A stretch of DNA of 63,915 bases, filler included, from Reticulomyxa filosa (lineage: Eukaryota; Protista; Foraminifera), in the NCBI GenBank assembly GCA_000512085.1. It is 24 parts of 24 records of this genome, joined end to end, with 100 filler letters (N's around TTAATTAATTAA, not from the genome) between each part and the next. Parts side by side here need not be neighbours in the genome. Positions count along the whole stretch, not along the records: positions 62,608 to 63,915 come from ASPP01016577.1; 23 more parts are not named here. One strand, given 5' to 3'. Under the pieces are notes generated by a model. The model was not told the DNA's origin. It was given only the letters and a program-made list of their open reading frames with translations, and made no database searches. Below, piece after piece: positions 62,691 to 63,915 of the stretch. The translations under genes and the position numbers were made by a program. The first letter of the stretch is position 1, and each line of letters begins with the position of its first letter.

Positions 62691-63915
62691 TTATCTCTGA
62701 GGGGATGTGATAGTGTTATTAGAAGAATGTGATACATCTTCAGCCGGCAGTGACTGTGGCTGTGGAGCTGGCAATGAGGATGAAAGGGATGGTGATATGT
62801 GATCTTGCTGAGGTTGAGACTGAGACTGAGACTGAGACTGAAGTTGTGATTGTGACACTTCCAATGAAGGTTGAGGTTCTTGTCCAACTTGTGGTGGGAG
62901 TATCTCCTCACGATCATTATCATCGGCATTATCATTGGCATTATCATTGGCATTATCATTGATATTATCATTGATATTATCATTGATATTATCATTGACA
63001 TTATCACTGGCATTATCATCGGCATTATCATCGGCATTATCATCGGCATTATCATTGGCATTATTATTGGCATTGGCATCATCATCAACATTAACATTAG
63101 CATTAACGTTAACATCAGCATTAACATTAACATTAGCATTAACATTAGTATGAACATTGACATTTGCATGATCAGCACTGTTTGAATTTGTAGCATTATT
63201 TAATTGTGAAGAAGCGTCGTTGCCATTGTCATTGTCGTTGCCGTTGCCATCGTCGCGTTTTAAAACGACGTTTCTATCAACGGGACACTCCAATGCCTTT
63301 CGAGGATTATTGGTGCGACGAATGCCGATCCAGCGATTGATGCACTTGGAGTGAAAGGGACAGCCGCAGGTGAAGAGGACCTTGATGAGACTGCGTTCGT
63401 TGTATTCTTCGAAGCAAATCCTGCAGTCGATGTGATTGGCGCGGAACGCTTTGAGTTGCAATGGAGTGACAGGGACGCCAGGCAGCGCAATAAGATCGTC
63501 GTGAGGGAGCACTCTGTCGCGATTGGATAAGCTGCCGGGAATCCTCAGTGGCCCAAAGTCGTTTTCGTCGTCGTCACCATTTATGTTATTATTAAAAGTA
63601 ATTGTATTAATATTAATATTACCATTTTGCACTGCACGTCGCAAAGGCGCATTCAAAAGTGCGTTCAAGGGCACGTTCAACTGCACAAGTCCCCGACGGA
63701 GGTCACTGACCACACGATTGAGCACATCTTCCTGTTGCTTCTGCTCTTCCAAATGCATCTGCTCCGCCAAGCTCCTATCCTTTTCTTCTTTTTCTTTCCT
63801 CTCTTGTCTCTCACGCTCCATCTCCACTTGTCTGGTACGCTCTCTATGCATCTTTGTTCGTTCATTGCGCTCTCGGAGTTGACGAGCCATATCTTCTTGT
63901 TCTCTTTCTCTTTCT
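62691..63915 (-). CDS. RING-finger protein with coiled coil, MIU-like motif and Asn/Asp repeats (partial)
   Basis: CRICFEEY..TCGCPFHSKCINRW..ECPVDR; EEKDRSLAEQMHLEE. Confidence 0.85.
   Translation of the reverse strand, partial: EREREQEDMARQLRERNERTKMHRERTRQVEMERERQERKEKEEKDRSLAEQMHLEEQKQQEDVLNRVVSDLRRGLVQLNVPLNALLNAPLRRAVQNGNININTITFNNNINGDDDENDFGPLRIPGSLSNRDRVLPHDDLIALPGVPVTPLQLKAFRANHIDCRICFEEYNERSLIKVLFTCGCPFHSKCINRWIGIRRTNNPRKALECPVDRNVVLKRDDGNGNDNDNGNDASSQLNNATNSNSADHANVNVHTNVNANVNVNADVNVNANVNVDDDANANNNANDNADDNADDNADDNASDNVNDNINDNINDNINDNANDNANDNADDNDREEILPPQVGQEPQPSLEVSQSQLQSQSQSQSQPQQDHISPSLSSSLPAPQPQSLPAEDVSHSSNNTITSPQR
62914..63080 (-). repeat. 12-bp coding tandem repeat (N/D-D-N-A/I)n
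   Basis: Units of the form cattatcattgg, cattatcatcgg and tattatcattga repeat about a dozen times. Confidence 0.9.

Noticed and set aside
62654-63196. Met/Ile-rich ORFs (MIMPMIMP, IIIGIIIG)
   Set aside because: They are alternative frames of the 12-bp Asn/Asp repeat.

Overview
This window is not a continuous locus. It is 24 short contigs joined by an artificial 100-bp linker (N44-TTAATTAATTAA-N44), so gene neighbourhood across linkers means nothing. Twenty-two contigs are AT-rich eukaryotic DNA with short GT-AG introns full of homopolymers and (TA)n, and many decayed gene copies. The one-residue insertion at the polyubiquitin monomer junction, the divergent alpha-tubulin and the lineage-style WD40/Kelch/NACHT families point to a rhizarian, probably a foraminiferan such as Reticulomyxa (inference). 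Two GC-rich contigs (44245-45333, 61424-62507) are bacterial. Recognisable genes include LTN1, SDHAF3, FolD, RPN12, a kinesin, a papain-family protease, RhoGEFs, a LINE reverse transcriptase relic, and pseudogenes of tubulin, ubiquitin and RPS15. The most notable architectures are: (1) an intronless NLR-like NACHT-pentapeptide-16xWD40 protein whose N-terminus, upstream of the ORF-track ATG, looks like a RelA/SpoT nucleotidyltransferase; (2) a five-exon, predicted N-acylated globin-RGS fusion; (3) a multi-TM (7TM-like) receptor fused to a TKL kinase; (4) a DH-PH-FYVE-SH2 fusion; (5) a shared TA|CAGT transposon end in two contigs. All domain calls come from motif recognition by eye; no database searches were run.
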